A stretch of 64,000 bases of DNA, taken from contig JAJPHT010000014.1 in assembly GCA_021325135.1 (NCBI GenBank), positions 1 through 64,000 of the forward strand, given 5' to 3'. This document shows, one piece after another, positions 48,893 through 57,069 of this stretch; the stretch's first letter is position 1, and every line of letters starts with the position of its first letter. The position numbers and the translations under genes were made by a program. Below the pieces are notes generated by a model. The model ran no database searches. It had not been told where the DNA came from and worked only from the letters and a program-made list of their open reading frames with translations. Source of the DNA: Pseudomonadota bacterium (GTDB taxonomy: Archaea; Thermoplasmatota; SW-10-69-26; JACQPN01; JAJPHT01).

Positions 48893-49273
48893 GTGGACCC
48901 GATCCCCGCCGAAGTCGAGCTTGCCTTCCTTCGCTCCGGCCACCGGAAGCGCAGCGTGATGATGCTCAGTTCGCTGGGCGAGGCGTCCCCCGGCCAGCTG
49001 GCCCGCTCGCTCGGCCTGCCTTGCACTCGCCAGAGGTGGATCATGGAGGGCGACGGGCGCTACTACAGCAAGGACCTCGCTCCGGTCCAGCTTGGCCTCG
49101 CGACGCTCATCGAGGCTCCGCGGCGGCGGAAGTACGTCATCACGCCCTTGGGGCGCAAGATGGCGCGCCGGTTCACGGCGCGAGAGGCGCGGAGGGCCCG
49201 CCGGGCGGCCGCGATCAAGCGATCCGATGAGGCGCACCGGAACGGCGAGCCGACGCCCGTGGAAGAGGGGTGA
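48893..49273 (+). CDS. Winged-helix DNA-binding protein, EarA/DUF1495-like
   Basis: RS..RKR..L..QLAR..G.GRYY....V.LGL....KYVITPLG resembles the euryarchaeal archaellum regulator family. Confidence 0.7.
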   Translation: MDPIPAEVELAFLRSGHRKRSVMMLSSLGEASPGQLARSLGLPCTRQRWIMEGDGRYYSKDLAPVQLGLATLIEAPRRRKYVITPLGRKMARRFTAREARRARRAAAIKRSDEAHRNGEPTPVEEG

Positions 49274-49431
49274 GCGGGCTTGCGCCAGGGTCGCGCGACC
49301 CCGTCCTGTTTCCTGCGCACCTTGGCCCCGACCAAGAAGCTGGGATCGCGACGGCGGCTCCCTGGCGCAGCGCCCCCGCTGGGGCTCCAGAAAAGGCTGC
49401 AGAAAAGGGGTTCTTGTTCTTGGCGCCGGTC

Positions 49432-49722
49432 TCAGAGGACCGAGGCGACCTTCGTGATGACGATCATCGCGAAGATGAACATGAGGGGGATGATGGCGAC
49501 GTTGAGGTTGGCCGCGTAGAAGCGGGCCGCCTTGGCCTTCCAGGTGTGCTGGACGCGGTCCTCGGCGGCGTAGGCCAGGAGGAGCTCCTTGGCGACGAGG
49601 AGGCCGATGAGGAGGAGCGTCGCGAAGACGCCCAGGGCAACGGCCTGCTGCACGGTGATGGCGGCGACGACCGCCGTGGTCGTGGTCGCCGTCGTGGCCG
49701 CAGCGGTGGTCGTGGTCATCAT
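49432..49722 (-). CDS. Small 2-TM protein with poly-Thr N-terminus
   Basis: MMTTTTAAATTATTTT; LLIGLLVAKEL; LNVAIIPL; TATA-like CTTATC upstream. Confidence 0.8.
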   Translation of the reverse strand: MMTTTTAAATTATTTTAVVAAITVQQAVALGVFATLLLIGLLVAKELLLAYAAEDRVQHTWKAKAARFYAANLNVAIIPLMFIFAMIVITKVASVL

Positions 49723-49789
49723 GGGGTTCGGGCCTCGGGGGTGGGTATCCTATACGTGCGATAAGCTTTGTGGAGGACAGGACCAGCGC

Positions 49790-50476
49790 TCACGTCCAGC
49801 CCTTCTTGGAGCGGACCACGACGACGCCACCCACCACGAGGGCGCCGAGGCCCAGGAGGGCGAGGGCGGGGAGCTCGGGGAGGGGGACGGTCGCGCTGCT
49901 GGCCGAGGTCGCGCCCAGCGTGCCGGCGGAGGTGAACAGGCCGTTGCTGTTGCTGGAGATGACCTGGATGGCGGGGTAGGAGCCGCGGGGGAAGGCGCCG
50001 TTGACGCCGCTGATGGTGGCGGTGGCGCGCCCGATGTCCAGGCTCGTGCCCGTCCGGGGGAGGGTCTGGCCGCCCACGAGGTTGCGCGACGCGGCGGCGA
50101 CGGTGGTGGGCTGGGACGCCTTGAGGGCGCGGAAGTGCCAGACGTGGGTGACGGGGTCCTGCTCGTAGTCGCCGAAGACGACCTTCACGCTGCCCACGTG
50201 GTTGGCGAAGTAGAGGTCGAAGGCGAAGGCGCCGTTGGTGAAGGCGACGCCGGTGGCGAGGGGGGTGGGGTAGACCCAGGTCACCGCGCCGTTGGCGGGG
50301 AGGTTGACCGCGCCGGAGCCGGCGGTCGCGGCGTTGGCCAGGGCGAGGGTGCCGCCGATGGGGGCCGCCGCGTTGACGGTGGGGGTGAAGGCGTAGCTCT
50401 TCTGGGAGGCCGCGGCGGCGGACGGGGCGAAGCCCGCCAGGAGGGCGAGCGTGATGGCGAGGACGAGGGTGCGCAT
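49790..50476 (-). CDS. Surface protein with PEF-CTERM-like sorting signal (LPELP-TM-RSKK)
   Basis: Signal MRTLVLA..AAA; C-terminus VPLPELPALALLGLGALVVGGVVVVRSKK. Confidence 0.75.
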   Translation of the reverse strand: MRTLVLAITLALLAGFAPSAAAASQKSYAFTPTVNAAAPIGGTLALANAATAGSGAVNLPANGAVTWVYPTPLATGVAFTNGAFAFDLYFANHVGSVKVVFGDYEQDPVTHVWHFRALKASQPTTVAAASRNLVGGQTLPRTGTSLDIGRATATISGVNGAFPRGSYPAIQVISSNSNGLFTSAGTLGATSASSATVPLPELPALALLGLGALVVGGVVVVRSKKGWT

Positions 50477-50644
50477 GGGACTCCCTGGACGTGAGTCACC
50501 CCGCGGACCGCTATAACAAACCCAGGAAGGCGGCATCTAGAGGTGTCCTCCATGTGGACCGATTCCAGATAGTCGATCACCAAAAGGACCATAGGGGGCG
50601 ATACGGTCGATGGGGCCTTTGGCTGTGCCATCGAGGCTGTCCCG

Positions 50645-50962
50645 ATGAGGTTCGCTCCGCTTTTCGTGCTCGCCGCCCTGCTGCTTCCCTTCGCGGTCGC
50701 CGCCCCGGTGCGCGACGACTCGTCCTACACCTTCCACGGCTTCCCCTCCCGGAACCAGCCGGCGGACACCTACTACGTGTCCCTCTGCCGCGACTACCTC
50801 CACCAGGGCCCGGCCGTCGAGTTCTTCGACGACTGCTTCACGTCGGGCATCTACAAGGAGACCAACGGGCGCGCCGGCCTCCAGGTCCGCGCGGGCGTCG
50901 ACGACCTGGGCATCGCCTACGCGGCCGACACGCTGCTCGCGCCGGTGCTGCCCCAGCTGTAG
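50645..50962 (+). CDS. Small secreted hypothetical protein
   Basis: Signal peptide with AVA site; first gene upstream of the exosortase. Confidence 0.6.
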   Translation: MRFAPLFVLAALLLPFAVAAPVRDDSSYTFHGFPSRNQPADTYYVSLCRDYLHQGPAVEFFDDCFTSGIYKETNGRAGLQVRAGVDDLGIAYAADTLLAPVLPQL

Positions 50963-50977
50963 ACCGGTGAGCGCATC

Positions 50978-51835
50978 GTGGAGCCCGCCCACCCCCTCGT
51001 GAAGGCCCCCGGGCGAAGCCCGGCGGTCGCGCGCCGGGTGGCGGGCGCCTTCGTCCTCCTGGGCGTCCTTCTTCTCTACCGCGCTCCCGCGCGCTTCGTC
51101 TGGAACGCGTGGCTCAGCGACCCCTACTACGCCCACGGCCTCCCCGTCTTCGCGGCGGCGGTGGCGCTGGCGGCGTGGCGCCTCTGGAAGGCCCCGCGCG
51201 CCGAAGCGTCCGTCCCCGCGTGGGCGCTCCTGGGCCTCCCCCTTGCGGGCGCGCTCTACCTCGCGGGCCTCCTGCGCGCGGACGCGTACCTGCTATCATG
51301 GAGCGCGCTCGCGCTCGCGGCCTCCGTCGCGCTGGCCTCGGGCGGCTGGCCCCGCCTGCGCCTCGTGGGCGCGCCGCTCCTCCTCGCCGCGCTGGCGCTG
51401 CCCACCCCCTGGACGATCCAGGTCTGCGTGGCGCTCCAGGACGGCGCCACCGCCGCGACGGGCTTCCTGCTCTCCCTGGCGGGCATCGCGCTGGAGCGCG
51501 GCCTCACGACGCTCACCGCCGGGGGCCTCTCCTTCGAGGTGACGCCCGCGTGCAGCGGCTTCCAGTCCGCCGTGAGCCTCCTCGCCGTGGGCGCGGGCAT
51601 CGCGACAATCTTCCCGCGCCGCGCGGGCCTCGTCCTCGCCCTGGCGGTCCCCGTGGCGCTGGCGCTCAACGTCCTCCGCCTCGTCCTCGTCGTCCTCATC
51701 AGCCTCGCGTGGGGCCCCGGCGCCGCGGAGGGCTTCTTCCACGGCCTCTCCGACGCGCTGATCTTCGTCGCCGAGACGCTTCTTCTCCTCGCCGTCGCGG
51801 GCGCGCTCTCGCGCCCCCGGGGGCGGGCCGCATGA
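50978..51835 (+). CDS. Exosortase/archaeosortase family transpeptidase
   Basis: DPYYAHG; catalytic VTPACSG, NVLR, GFFHG; multiple TMs. Confidence 0.92.
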   Translation: MEPAHPLVKAPGRSPAVARRVAGAFVLLGVLLLYRAPARFVWNAWLSDPYYAHGLPVFAAAVALAAWRLWKAPRAEASVPAWALLGLPLAGALYLAGLLRADAYLLSWSALALAASVALASGGWPRLRLVGAPLLLAALALPTPWTIQVCVALQDGATAATGFLLSLAGIALERGLTTLTAGGLSFEVTPACSGFQSAVSLLAVGAGIATIFPRRAGLVLALAVPVALALNVLRLVLVVLISLAWGPGAAEGFFHGLSDALIFVAETLLLLAVAGALSRPRGRAA

Positions 51836-52698
51836 GGAGCGAGGACACCTGGCGCGTCGTGGGCGGCGCCGTCGCGCTCCTCATCGTCGCGGGCCTCCTC
51901 CTCTCCACGCCCAGCATGATCTTCGTGCGCAAGGTGGACATCGTCGACGCCGAGCTTCGCGACTCGGGCCACTCCCACGCCGTCCTCGCGCGCATGGACC
52001 TGGGGGACCCCAAGGCCCTCAAGGCCATCCCCAGGACGCTGGGCGCGTGGAACGAGTCGCGCGAGTATGACTACGACAACGTGGCCGCGATCCTCAACAC
52101 CAACGTGCTCCTCAGCCGTGACTACCAGCGCGACGACGTGTTCCAGCCGGTGAACCTCCTCGTCATCGAGAGCGAGAACGTCAGCTCGTTCCACCCCGCG
52201 CCCGTCTGCTATCGCGCGCAGGGCTACGACGTGCCCGCCGACGAGGGGGCCGTCGTCACGGTGCCCGTGCCCAACGAGACGTGGGCCCAGGAGCGGTGGC
52301 TCAGCGCGCAGGAGCAGAACGTCTTCGCGGGCAACCTCAGCGCGAAGCTCCTGGAGGTCACGAAGCCCGGCCCCAACGGCACGGTGGCCGAGAAGCGCGT
52401 CGCGCTCTACGTCTACCTCAAGCGCGAGGACTGGCGCGTCACGGACCAGGTGACGTGGGTGCGCCTGGAGATGGTCGTGACGCCCGACACCCGGGGCGCG
52501 GACGTGCTCCCCATCCTCGGCGACATGATGAAGGAGGTCGTGCCCAACCTCTTCCTCTTCAAGGTCACCGAGGAGCGCACGCTGGGCGAGAGCCTCGTCG
52601 ACAGGTTCGGCGTGGGCGGCGCGGGGCTCGTCGCCGCCGCGGTCGCCATCCCCTGCTGGCCCATCGCGATGGCGTTCTGGCGCAGCCGCCGAGGTTGA
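51832..52698 (+). CDS. Exosortase-associated EpsI-like protein
   Basis: IPRTLGAW, LSRDY, FHPAPVCYRAQGY; ATGA-coupled to the exosortase. Confidence 0.8.
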   Translation: MRSEDTWRVVGGAVALLIVAGLLLSTPSMIFVRKVDIVDAELRDSGHSHAVLARMDLGDPKALKAIPRTLGAWNESREYDYDNVAAILNTNVLLSRDYQRDDVFQPVNLLVIESENVSSFHPAPVCYRAQGYDVPADEGAVVTVPVPNETWAQERWLSAQEQNVFAGNLSAKLLEVTKPGPNGTVAEKRVALYVYLKREDWRVTDQVTWVRLEMVVTPDTRGADVLPILGDMMKEVVPNLFLFKVTEERTLGESLVDRFGVGGAGLVAAAVAIPCWPIAMAFWRSRRG

Positions 52699-52785
52699 TT
52701 CGTCTTCGGCGCCAAGCCCAACGTTCATCACCCTCGTGGTCATGGCAGCCGCGGGCGGACCCCGCCCTGCGAAGGAGGCATTCCC

Positions 52786-53442
52786 ATGCAACTCTACGTC
52801 AGACTAGCCCTTGCCATTGCCCTTGTGACCGTCGCCATCCCCGCCGTGCCCACCGCGTCCGCGACGTGCGTCGATTCGATCTGCTTCTGCACCACGCCCG
52901 TGGGGCCGTGCGTCCTCTGTCTCGTCGAAGGCGAGGGGACCTGCTGCACGAACCTCACCACGTGCTACCTCCAGCCCATCGAGCAGCTCGTGCCCCAGGT
53001 GAAGAACGTCCAGACGACGACCAACCCCGACGGCACCGAGACCGTGAGCTTCGACGTCTGCTTCGGGAGCGGCAGCTGCACGCACGTGGCCGAGACCATC
53101 CCCACCGCGTGCCTGGCCTACAACCCCGACGCGCTCACGAACCTCTGCGTCACGACGGGCTCCCAGCCCGAGGGCGTCTCCGTCCCCGAGCCCACCGTCG
53201 GCTCGCGCACCATCACGGTGCCCGTCCCCACCGTGGGCACCACGCCCGACCACGTCTGCATCGTGGGCCCCGAGTGCGTGGACGTCCCCGTGCCCGGCGT
53301 GGGCACCAACCCCACGCCCGAGACGGTCCCCGACGTCGGCGTCTCCTGGCAGACCGTCGTCGTCAACGTCCCCACCGTGGGCGGCTACGTCGAGGCCACC
53401 GCGCTCTGCGGCCTCAACGTCCCCTGCAGCGTGACGCTGTAG
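52786..53442 (+). CDS. Secreted Cys-rich protein with VP(V)P-TVG repeats
   Basis: AAGGAGG SD; signal with ASA site; many Cys; VPEPTVG, VPVPTVG, VPVPGVG, VPTVG. Confidence 0.7.
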   Translation: MQLYVRLALAIALVTVAIPAVPTASATCVDSICFCTTPVGPCVLCLVEGEGTCCTNLTTCYLQPIEQLVPQVKNVQTTTNPDGTETVSFDVCFGSGSCTHVAETIPTACLAYNPDALTNLCVTTGSQPEGVSVPEPTVGSRTITVPVPTVGTTPDHVCIVGPECVDVPVPGVGTNPTPETVPDVGVSWQTVVVNVPTVGGYVEATALCGLNVPCSVTL

Positions 53443-53448
53443 GCTCCC

Positions 53449-55566
53449 TCAGAACTCCCAGCTTTTTTTCCTGTTCAGGTGCCGCGTCAGCAGCCGCGCC
53501 GTGTCCTCGTCCACGACGTCGAGGCCCGCCTCCACGGCGAAGCCTTCGCGCATCACCTCGTTGAGGTGCTTGCCCAGGTCGTACTCCAGGAGCTTGGCCC
53601 GCAGCAGGTCGTCCGCGCGGCGGAACTCGCGCAGGCGCTCCACCTTGAGGCGCCCCTCCTCCTCGTACACCGGGCTGCGCGCGTCGCGGTGGCCGCTCCA
53701 CGCCTTGCGGAACCTCTCGGCGTGCTCCTTGCTGCGCACGGGAGGACCCGTGTGGGTCACGGTGTCGGGCAGGCGGATGCGCGGAAGCTCCAGGAGGATG
53801 AGAAGCTCGCGGCCGCCCACCTCGTAGCTCGCGCGCTTGAGGTCGAACTCGTGGCGCTCCAGCAGCCGCTTGACGGCGTCCACCGCCTTGCGCATCTGGT
53901 CGTGCAGGTGGTCCTCCAGCACGTCGGGCGCGCGCGTGCGCACGAGGATGAACTCGCTGCGCCGCCGCCGCACGGCCAGTTCCAGCTCGTCGGGCGGGCG
54001 CGGCACCAGCTGGCGCGGGAAGAAGAACTGGAGCCCCTCGCGGCGCAGGTACGCGCGGCACGACTCCGCGAAGTGCGCGAGCGTCTCGCTGGAGACGGCG
54101 CTGGCCGCGTTGCGCCGCGTGTCCACGGGGTCGAGGAACACCAGGGGGTCGTTGAAGCGCGGGGTCCCCTCCAGCATGTCGAGGACGAGGAAGGTGCCCG
54201 GCTTCCACCCCTGCCCGGCTTCCAGGACGCGGCGGAAGCTGCCGTACTTGAGCACGAGAAGCTCGCAGAGGTAGCCCGAGAAGCCGTGGGTCTTGGCCTC
54301 CGCGCCGTAGACGCCCACGCCCTTCATGAACGCCTTGAGGAGGCGCACCTGGTCGCGCTGCTCGCGGGACATCCTCCGCAGCACGAAGCGCGTGTGGAAC
54401 GGCGTGCGGTCCACGGCGGTCATGCGCTGGCTCACGTCCGCGATCTCGTAGGCGGGCACGACGTCGGCCTTCACGCCCTCGAAGAGGCCGTGCGTGTACG
54501 GGTGCTCCGCGTACTTCTCCTCGGGGTCGTCCAGCGTGGCGCGGCCCAGGTCGAGGCCCCACGTCTCCAGGCTCTCGCGGGGCACGTCCATGGGGAAGAG
54601 GACGAACGCGTCGAGGTCCACGTTGCTGCGCAGGTAGGTGTCCTTGGCGACGCTGCCCACGAGCATCGGCTTCCCCCGGAGCTTCCGCTCCGCGAGCGCG
54701 TCGCGCAGCCTCCCCAGCAGGCGCTCGGCGCGCTCCACGGTGTGCTGCGCCTCCTCGGGCGTCGGCTTCACGCGCTGGAGGGCGAGGCGCTCGGTGCTGA
54801 TGAAGCGGCTCGTGAAGACGGCCACGACGCCCGCGACGAGGAGGCCGCCCAGCACGTCCACGATCCAGTGGATGTTGAGATAGAGCGTCGCGAGGACCAG
54901 CGCGACCGCGTAGGCGTAGGCGAAGATGCGGAAGTTGCGGTTGCGCGAGTAGCGCGCCGCGTTGGCCGTGAGCACCGCGAAGGCGACCTGGAGGGAGGGG
55001 AACGTGTTGTTGACGGTGGTGAAGCTGTAGTAGATGTCCGCCAGCTGCGGGAAGAGGTCGAACACCGGGCTCTGCACGTGGTGGTACACGTACACGTTGT
55101 TGATGGGCATCAGCAGGTAGAAGGGCAGCGCGATGACGTAAGCCAGGGGGAACATCAGCAGGTTCGCCTTGGCGGGGCGCTCCTCGTCGCTGAGCACGTA
55201 GAGGAGGATGGGGAAGTAGAGCATCCACGGGTGGATGGCGACGTAGACGATGCTGAAGAAGTAGTCCAGCGGCGGGTTCCAGAGGTGCTGGAGGCTGGGG
55301 ACGGCGCCGCGCTCCAGCGCGTCCACCTGCGGCGTGAGGTCGTGGTAGGGCAGGCGCGACGTGATGGCCGCGTCCGCCTGCACGAGGAGCAGGTGCACCA
55401 GCAGCACGGCGCCCGCGGCGAGGAGGAACTTGCCGTACTTGTCCACGAGGCGCGGCCCCTCCTTGCGGCCCACGGGCACGGGCGTCTCGGGGAGGAAGAG
55501 GATAAGCCCCGCGCCCAGGAGCAGGAGGTTCACCAGCACGACGACGACCCAGACGGGGAGGTCCAT
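53449..55566 (-). CDS. cca: Archaeal CCA-adding enzyme fused to an N-terminal multi-pass PAP2-superfamily domain
   Basis: LVGSVAKDTYL..VDLDAF, YAEHPY, AVDRTPFH, GVYGAE..GFSGYLCELL, DPVD..RNAA; N-terminal TFPSLQ and HWIVDVLGG. Confidence 0.9.
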   Translation of the reverse strand: MDLPVWVVVVLVNLLLLGAGLILFLPETPVPVGRKEGPRLVDKYGKFLLAAGAVLLVHLLLVQADAAITSRLPYHDLTPQVDALERGAVPSLQHLWNPPLDYFFSIVYVAIHPWMLYFPILLYVLSDEERPAKANLLMFPLAYVIALPFYLLMPINNVYVYHHVQSPVFDLFPQLADIYYSFTTVNNTFPSLQVAFAVLTANAARYSRNRNFRIFAYAYAVALVLATLYLNIHWIVDVLGGLLVAGVVAVFTSRFISTERLALQRVKPTPEEAQHTVERAERLLGRLRDALAERKLRGKPMLVGSVAKDTYLRSNVDLDAFVLFPMDVPRESLETWGLDLGRATLDDPEEKYAEHPYTHGLFEGVKADVVPAYEIADVSQRMTAVDRTPFHTRFVLRRMSREQRDQVRLLKAFMKGVGVYGAEAKTHGFSGYLCELLVLKYGSFRRVLEAGQGWKPGTFLVLDMLEGTPRFNDPLVFLDPVDTRRNAASAVSSETLAHFAESCRAYLRREGLQFFFPRQLVPRPPDELELAVRRRRSEFILVRTRAPDVLEDHLHDQMRKAVDAVKRLLERHEFDLKRASYEVGGRELLILLELPRIRLPDTVTHTGPPVRSKEHAERFRKAWSGHRDARSPVYEEEGRLKVERLREFRRADDLLRAKLLEYDLGKHLNEVMREGFAVEAGLDVVDEDTARLLTRHLNRKKSWEF

Positions 55567-56115
55567 CTACACGCCCTCCAGCCGCGCGCCGTGCAGCGTC
55601 TCGTGCCTCGCGCCGCCCGGGCCCAGCACGCTGCGGTAGAGGTTCACGACCTCGACGCGCACGGCGGGGAGGGGCTCGTCGCGGCGCGACGCGAGCAGCG
55701 CAGGAAGCCCCGCGAGGCGGCCCCCTTCGCGCACGCGCGCCAGCGTGACGTGCGCGCGGAAGGGCTTCGCGTCGTCGGGCGGCAGCGCCTTGCGCACGCG
55801 CTCCGCCAGGGCGTCCAGCGGGGGGCAGGGGCGCGCTCCGGCCCACACGACGCGGGGCTGCCGCGGGTTGGGGAAGGCCCCGATCCCGTGAAGCTCCAGC
55901 GTGAACGCGGAGACGCCCCGCGCGGTCTCGTCCAGCGCGGCGGCCATGCGGGGCGCGGCGTCGTCGGGCGCGTCGCCCAGGAACGAGAGCGTGAGGTGGA
56001 GGTGGGCCGGGTCCGAGGGCTTCAGGTCCGCCCCGGTCGCCCGCAGGGCGTCCAGCGCGCCGGAGAGCGCGGGGTCGGGCGGGAGCGGGATCCCCACGAA
56101 CGCCCGGAACGCCAT
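55567..56115 (-). CDS. thpR: RNA 2',3'-cyclic phosphodiesterase (2H family)
   Basis: RAFVGI, HLTL.FLG, GAFP..PRVVW, HVTLAR. Confidence 0.93.
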   Translation of the reverse strand: MAFRAFVGIPLPPDPALSGALDALRATGADLKPSDPAHLHLTLSFLGDAPDDAAPRMAAALDETARGVSAFTLELHGIGAFPNPRQPRVVWAGARPCPPLDALAERVRKALPPDDAKPFRAHVTLARVREGGRLAGLPALLASRRDEPLPAVRVEVVNLYRSVLGPGGARHETLHGARLEGV

Positions 56116-56244
56116 CGGGGCGGGACCGGCCCCTCGCCGACATAAGGGTTCGGGCCCGCGCCGGCCGCGCTCCGGGGCCGCCCGGTTTGGGCGCAGGCCG
56201 GGGCCGAAGGTAACACCTCCGCGCGGAAAGGGGTGGGGTTTGAA

Positions 56245-57036
56245 ATGGACGGAGCGAGGAAGCCGGCTCTCGGTCCCTTGATCGCCTCCCTCCTCGTCGC
56301 GGCGTTGGGCACCGGGGTGGTGGGGGTGACCTACGCCTGGGTCGGGGCCCGGCTCGCGCGCCGCCAGGTCCGCGACGCCGCGGACCGCGCCGCCCTGCGC
56401 GGCTTCGCCCTCTGGTGGCTCGCCATGGCGGCCACCCAGGCGCTGGATGCTGCGCTGGACTCCGCGGCGGCCCTCGGGAGCGCGGGCCCCGGGGCCGTGA
56501 CCATCGAAGGCATCCTGGAGCGCCTTCTCGTGGCCTCCGCGCTGGCGGGGCTCATGGTCTACCTGCTCTACATCGTCCAGGGGCGCCTGCGCCTCGCGGC
56601 CGTGGGCGCGTTCTACCTCGCTTACTTCACGGCGTCGCTCTACGCGTTCCACTGGCGCGGACCGCAGGGCGTCCACGCGGGGGCGTGGCGCGTCGAGGCG
56701 GCGTTCGCGCGCCCCGCGCCGCTGCCCGCCGAGGCCCTGCTGGACCTCGCGCTCCTGGCGCCGCCGGTGGCCGGCGCGCTGGCGTTCGGCCTCGCGGGGC
56801 GCCACGCGGCGAGCCTCGCCCAGCGCGCCCGCGTCGCGGCCACCTCGTGGGGGCTCCTCCTCTGGTGGGTCCTCACCGTGGCCTCCTCCTCACCGCAGCT
56901 CCTGGACGCCTCGTGGCTCCAGGCGGGCGCCCTCGTGGTGGGCCTCGGCACCTCGCTGGCCATCCTCCTCTCCCACGCGCCGCCCACGTGGGTCCTGCGC
57001 CGCTGGGCGGGCCGCGCGGAGCCCGTCGCAAGGTGA
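56245..57036 (+). CDS. Approximately 7-TM membrane protein of unknown function
   Basis: Seven hydrophobic segments, ending PPTWVLRRW. Confidence 0.7.
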   Translation: MDGARKPALGPLIASLLVAALGTGVVGVTYAWVGARLARRQVRDAADRAALRGFALWWLAMAATQALDAALDSAAALGSAGPGAVTIEGILERLLVASALAGLMVYLLYIVQGRLRLAAVGAFYLAYFTASLYAFHWRGPQGVHAGAWRVEAAFARPAPLPAEALLDLALLAPPVAGALAFGLAGRHAASLAQRARVAATSWGLLLWWVLTVASSSPQLLDASWLQAGALVVGLGTSLAILLSHAPPTWVLRRWAGRAEPVAR

Positions 57037-57069
57037 AGGTATTTCTCGCGCGCCGCGGCTGGCGCCACG

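Larger units (their letters stand above)
48696..49408. repeat. Segment bounded by 37-bp imperfect inverted repeats (48696-48732 and 49372-49408)
   Basis: 31 of 37 positions match by manual ungapped alignment. Confidence 0.7.

Noticed and set aside
50575-50640. Alternative hairpins in the divergent promoter region (riboswitch-like)
   Set aside because: Stems of about 7 bp and no recognisable aptamer
53449-54790. Nucleotidyltransferase with TM domain as a CBASS/cGAS-like system
   Set aside because: It carries the full set of archaeal Cca motifs and the usual thpR neighbour
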